From contig OZ240219.1 of assembly GCA_965197645.1 (NCBI GenBank), positions 1,440,001-1,504,000 of the forward strand: a stretch of DNA of 64,000 nt. The letters are read 5' to 3'. The translations under genes and the position numbers were made by a program. Below the pieces are notes generated by a model, which worked only from the letters and a program-made list of their open reading frames with translations, was not told the origin of the DNA and did not search any database. Below are positions 60,093 to 64,000 of the stretch, piece by piece. How positions within the stretch are numbered: position 1 is the stretch's first letter; each line of letters opens with the position of its first letter. This stretch comes from Dehalococcoidia bacterium (lineage in GTDB: Bacteria > Chloroflexota > Dehalococcoidia > Plut-88900).

Positions 60093-61070
60093 ATGTACGA
60101 AAGAGACCTGCTTCCCTCTTTTGCCGGAATCAACACCTTCGCCCGAGCGCCGGAGGGCATCATTGACAATCTCTCCGCGGGCGACGTAGCGGTGGTTGGC
60201 ATCCCCTTGGAGATAACACCCGGCGCCAGGCAGGGCACCAGGGAAGGCCCCCGCTCCATCCGCAACGCCAGTGCCGATTTCATCTACGAGCTGCAGGCCT
60301 CCACCTCCGGCGCTCTCATAGACATCAACACCGGGCGAACTCTCCGTATGCCCTCCGAGCTGCGCCTGACCGACCTGGGCGACCTCAGCGTCGACCCATC
60401 GGCCCTGAACCAGGCCACGGACCGGTCACGAAGCATTATGGAGGCCATCGTTGGGAAGTCCGCATTCCCCGTGGCCATCGGCGGCGATCACATCATCACC
60501 TATCCGCTGGTCGAGAGCTACGTCGCCGCCACTGGCAAGAAGGTGGGGCTGGTCCAGCTTTCCAGCCAGCTTGATCTGGCCGATCCCGACACCGAGTGGG
60601 GAGAGAACGGCTACGGCGCAACCCTTCGCCACATCATCGATGGTGGAAGCATCGATCCCAAGAACATTGTCTTCGTAGGTACTCAGGGCTACATCACACA
60701 CAAGGAGTGGAGCCTGGCCCAGTCCCTGGGCGCCACCGTCATAACCGCAGACTCGGCCAGGGAGAAAGGGCCCGAGGCCACGGCTCAACAGGCGCTGGAA
60801 ACGGCCGGAGCAGGCGCCGACATCATCTACCTGAGCCTGGACGTGGACGTAGTGGACTCGGGGTACGCATCGGGCACCGGCGAGGTGGTGATCGGCGGTC
60901 TGAAGCCCATCGAGGTGCTCTCCCTGATGCGCGAGCTCTCAAAGTCCGATGCCATAGGCGCCATGGATGTGGTGGAGGTTGCCCCTTCCCTGGACGTTCG
61001 GGGCAGGACGGAACGGCTCGCCGCCGAGGCCATCATAGAGCTCATCGCTCCCAAGGTGTTCGGAGCCTAG
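60093..61070 (+). CDS. Ureohydrolase paralogue 2, degenerate DxHxD (QLSSQLD)
   Basis: G.R.GP.SIR.AS, GGDH, SLDVDVVD and VEVAP retained; DAH replaced by SSQ. Confidence 0.9.
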   Translation: MYERDLLPSFAGINTFARAPEGIIDNLSAGDVAVVGIPLEITPGARQGTREGPRSIRNASADFIYELQASTSGALIDINTGRTLRMPSELRLTDLGDLSVDPSALNQATDRSRSIMEAIVGKSAFPVAIGGDHIITYPLVESYVAATGKKVGLVQLSSQLDLADPDTEWGENGYGATLRHIIDGGSIDPKNIVFVGTQGYITHKEWSLAQSLGATVITADSAREKGPEATAQQALETAGAGADIIYLSLDVDVVDSGYASGTGEVVIGGLKPIEVLSLMRELSKSDAIGAMDVVEVAPSLDVRGRTERLAAEAIIELIAPKVFGA

Positions 61071-61087
61071 TACCTGAAGAGTCGAGC

Positions 61088-62080
61088 ATGACTTCGCCAT
61101 CCAAAACACTGTTAGCTCGCATCCCGGGCATCGAGACCTTCATGAACTTGCCGGAGGGCGATGTCGAGGACCTGAAAGAGGGTATGGCGGCCATCGCCGG
61201 CGTCTCCTACGATCTCTCCTGCACATCCCGCATCGGTTCCCGGTACGCGCCCCGTGCCATCAGGTACACCTCCCAGTACTACGGCGGCAAATTTCATCGC
61301 GGCGGCGAGGTGGTGGAGATCACCACGGGCGACCATATCAAGGGCTCGGACAGGATGAAGTTTCTCGACCTGGGGGACCTGAACGTGTTCCCCCTCGATT
61401 GGCCCCGTACCGAGGCTTCTCTACGCCAGTCAATGCTGGAGGTAGCATCCACCGGCGCCAGGCCGATAATCCTGGGCGGCGACCACTTCATCACCTACCC
61501 CCTGACCCAGGGCTATGGAGACGCCATCGCAGAGCGTACCGGCCGCAAGATAGGCTACATCCAGTTCTCCAGCCAGCTGGACCTGGGAGACGAGGACCCG
61601 GTCTGGGGAAAGGTTTGGCGAGGCTCCACGGCCCGCCGCATCCTCGATTCCCAGGCCGTCGATTCCGGCAACATGGTCTGGGTGGGAGTAAACGGCTATC
61701 AGCGGGCCGAGGACTGGGCCCTGGCCCACGAGCTGGATCTGTCCGTTTTTACCCTGGACGACGTTCGAAAGCTGGGTATACTGGAGGTCGTTGAGAGAGC
61801 CACCGAGATAGCCGGAGAGGGCTGTCAATCCGTCTACGTCAGCGTCGATTTCGACGTATTGGACGGGGGCCTGGTGTCCGCCACCGGCTCTCCGCGGCTG
61901 GATGGCATCTCCAACACGGAGCTGCTGAAGTCCATGGACCTGTTGCGCCGTACCAAGGCCGGTGCTTTGGACATCGTGGGGATGAACCCAACGGTCAACA
62001 TGCTCTCCCACACCGGCCAGAGGTTCGCCGCCTGGCTGGTGATCCGGTACCTATCAGGAAGTATCCTAGCGCCCCCGTAA
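61088..62080 (+). CDS. Ureohydrolase paralogue 3, degenerate (QFSSQLD; Glu replaced by Gly in DIVGMNP)
   Basis: GSRYAP.AIR, GGDH and SVDFDVLD. ATG 61088 is the likely start; the track ORF extends upstream spuriously. Confidence 0.9.
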   Translation: MTSPSKTLLARIPGIETFMNLPEGDVEDLKEGMAAIAGVSYDLSCTSRIGSRYAPRAIRYTSQYYGGKFHRGGEVVEITTGDHIKGSDRMKFLDLGDLNVFPLDWPRTEASLRQSMLEVASTGARPIILGGDHFITYPLTQGYGDAIAERTGRKIGYIQFSSQLDLGDEDPVWGKVWRGSTARRILDSQAVDSGNMVWVGVNGYQRAEDWALAHELDLSVFTLDDVRKLGILEVVERATEIAGEGCQSVYVSVDFDVLDGGLVSATGSPRLDGISNTELLKSMDLLRRTKAGALDIVGMNPTVNMLSHTGQRFAAWLVIRYLSGSILAPP

Positions 62081-62085
62081 CGGAC

Positions 62086-63072
62086 ATGACAAAAAAGAGT
62101 GAATTCGGTCTCAAGTCAGGCGCCGTCACCTACATGCGGTCGCCCCGGGTCACGATGGACGAAATCGAGCCGGGCATGACGGTCATAAGCGGCGCGCCCC
62201 ACAGCATGCGAGACCGTTTCGGCGAGCGGTACGGCCCACGAGGCATTCGCGAAAACTCCTTGAGCATCGCCGATCGGTTCGAACGGGCCGGCGGCGAGGG
62301 TGTAGTGGACATGTCCTCCGGCAAGATCCTGGCCCTGCCTTCGGAGACCCGGCTGGTGGACGTGGGCGATTTCGGCATGCACCCGTCGGACGTGATGAAA
62401 GCCACCGAGTCGATGGCCTCGGGAGTGGCGGAGGTGGTGCGGCGGGGCGGCTTCTCAGTATGTCTCGGGGGAGACCACTACGTCGGCTACCCCTCTTGTC
62501 TCGGATATACCAGGGCCCTTACAGAGCAGCGGCCCAACGCCAAGGTGGGATATGTCCACATAGATGGACACCTGGACTTCGCCGAGGGCTATGAAGGGGG
62601 AGGCCGCTTCAACAACGGCACCAACGCCAAACGGATATCGGAGCTGGACCCGATGGTCGAGAGCAGCATGGTCTGGATCGGGATCCAGGGGCCTTGCAAC
62701 ATGGACGAGGTCGAGCCTATCCGCCGCATGGGAGGCCACATCTTCACCAGCGAGGACGTCGAGGAGATGGGCCCCGCCGAGGTCGGCAGGCGAGCCTGCG
62801 AGCTGGCGCTAAAGGGGTGCGACTACATCTACATGAGCTTCGATATCGATGTCATCGATGCCGGCTTCTCTGACGGCACCGGCTCGGTGACTATGGGCGC
62901 CATGCCTCCCTCGACCCTGTTCAAGATTCTGGAGCCGATAGCGGAGTACCCTATCGGGGCCTTCGATCTGGTGGAGACGGCCCCGCCCCTGGACCCCGCC
63001 AACCGCACTCCCAGATATGCGGCCGAGGCCCTGCTGAGGCTGATCACGCCCAAGATACTTAATGTGCACTAG
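62086..63072 (+). CDS. Ureohydrolase paralogue 4, intact metal site
   Basis: RYGP.GIRE.S, GGDH, HIDGHLD, NNGT, SFDIDVID and VETAP. Confidence 0.92.
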   Translation: MTKKSEFGLKSGAVTYMRSPRVTMDEIEPGMTVISGAPHSMRDRFGERYGPRGIRENSLSIADRFERAGGEGVVDMSSGKILALPSETRLVDVGDFGMHPSDVMKATESMASGVAEVVRRGGFSVCLGGDHYVGYPSCLGYTRALTEQRPNAKVGYVHIDGHLDFAEGYEGGGRFNNGTNAKRISELDPMVESSMVWIGIQGPCNMDEVEPIRRMGGHIFTSEDVEEMGPAEVGRRACELALKGCDYIYMSFDIDVIDAGFSDGTGSVTMGAMPPSTLFKILEPIAEYPIGAFDLVETAPPLDPANRTPRYAAEALLRLITPKILNVH

Positions 63073-63081
63073 CCCAAAATC

Positions 63082-64000
63082 ATGCCGATAAGAAAAGCCA
63101 GACTCCCCAGGACCTCGGGCATTCTCACCTTCGCCGGCGCCCAGCAAGCCACCATCGACGATCTGGAACCAGGAATGGTTGCCGTCTTCGGCGTTCCCTA
63201 CGAAAGCTCTTCGCCGACGAAGCTGGGGCCCCAGGATGCTCCCCGGGCCTATCGGGAGACCTCCAACTACTACCTGAGCAGCACCGACCCCGGTGCGCAG
63301 ACCATCGAGGTCAACACCCGGGAGAGGTTCGAGAACAAGCTGTTCTCCGGCAAGCTCCGGGACATCGGCGACCTGAGGGTTGCCCACCACGACTGGGCCA
63401 TGACCGAAGGCTGGACCAGAGATGCCGTCCACGGGATAGTCTCGCGAGGCGCTGTACCGGTGGGGTTGGGCGGGGACCATTTCGTCACCTACGGCCTGAT
63501 CCAGGGCTACAAGAAGGCCATATCGGGAGGGAACATCGGGTACATCCAGTTCTCCAGCCGCCTGGACATGGGGGGCGTAGACCCGGTGTGGGGGGAGGTG
63601 TGGCGGGGCGCCACGGTGCGCAGAATCATCGACTCGGGGATAGCGAGACCGGAAAACGTGGTCTGGATCGGCGCCAACGGCTACGTCCGCCTGGAGGAGT
63701 GGGAGAGGGCTAACGCGTTCCCAGACAACATCTTCACCGTCGAAGACGTGCAGCGAGATGGGATCGAGGCCGTTACCGCCAAGGCCCTGGAGATCGCCGG
63801 AAAGGGTACGGACGGAATCTACGCCAGCGTGGACATGGACGTGGTGGACGGAGGGTACGTGGCGATGACGGGTGCCCCTCAGCTGAACGGCCTTAGAAAC
63901 GTCGATATGTGGAACGCGATGGACGTGCTGGCAGCCGGCAAGGTCGGCGCCTTGGATCTGTGCGGTCTGAACCCCCTCATCGAGACGATGAGCCTGGGTA
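63082..64000 (+). CDS. Ureohydrolase paralogue 5, degenerate (QFSSRLD; DLCGLNP), truncated by the window edge
   Basis: Not in the ORF track. Manual translation from ATG 63082 gives MPIRKARLPRTSGILTFAG...GVPYE...GGDHFVTY...IQFSSRLD...SVDMDVVDGG...DLCGLNP. Confidence 0.88.
   Translation, partial: MPIRKARLPRTSGILTFAGAQQATIDDLEPGMVAVFGVPYESSSPTKLGPQDAPRAYRETSNYYLSSTDPGAQTIEVNTRERFENKLFSGKLRDIGDLRVAHHDWAMTEGWTRDAVHGIVSRGAVPVGLGGDHFVTYGLIQGYKKAISGGNIGYIQFSSRLDMGGVDPVWGEVWRGATVRRIIDSGIARPENVVWIGANGYVRLEEWERANAFPDNIFTVEDVQRDGIEAVTAKALEIAGKGTDGIYASVDMDVVDGGYVAMTGAPQLNGLRNVDMWNAMDVLAAGKVGALDLCGLNPLIETMSLG

Noticed and set aside
60596-61087. 165-aa N-terminal extension of ureohydrolase paralogue 3
   Set aside because: It is an off-frame overlap with paralogue 2 with Arg/Gly-rich shadow composition.

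Overview
High-GC bacterial chromosomal segment. The 16S rRNA features and gene content (expanded luciferase-like/F420 oxidoreductases, a Chloroflexota-type SWIM protein, an unlinked 16S) suggest Chloroflexota, class Dehalococcoidia, possibly SAR202-like; this is an inference, not a database result. Housekeeping genes: prfB (5'-truncated), dnaE, folC, fabF, pyrG, rho, rpiB, tal, alr, ogt. Other content: a stand-alone 16S rRNA gene with a ~113-nt branched V1 expansion, an ino1-patA-pimA-pgsA-like inositol-lipid operon, an Aap/Bzt amino-acid ABC transporter, hicAB, amtB, many catabolic enzymes, two MoxR-DUF58 modules and dispersed REP-like repeats. The most striking observations are: (1) a DUF1989 (CgdAB/UcaAB-family) gene with an in-frame UGA at a conserved Cys position followed by a SECIS-like hairpin, a candidate selenoprotein; (2) a tandem array of at least five ureohydrolase paralogues mixing intact (DxHxD) and degenerate (SS[Q/R]LD) metal sites, a candidate heteromeric guanidino-compound hydrolase system; (3) a large helical protein with a C-terminal HEPN RxxxxH motif directly after the 16S terminator; (4) a mycobacterial-style PIM biosynthesis operon in a non-actinobacterial genome. 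No CRISPR array, tRNA, transposase or integrase was seen.
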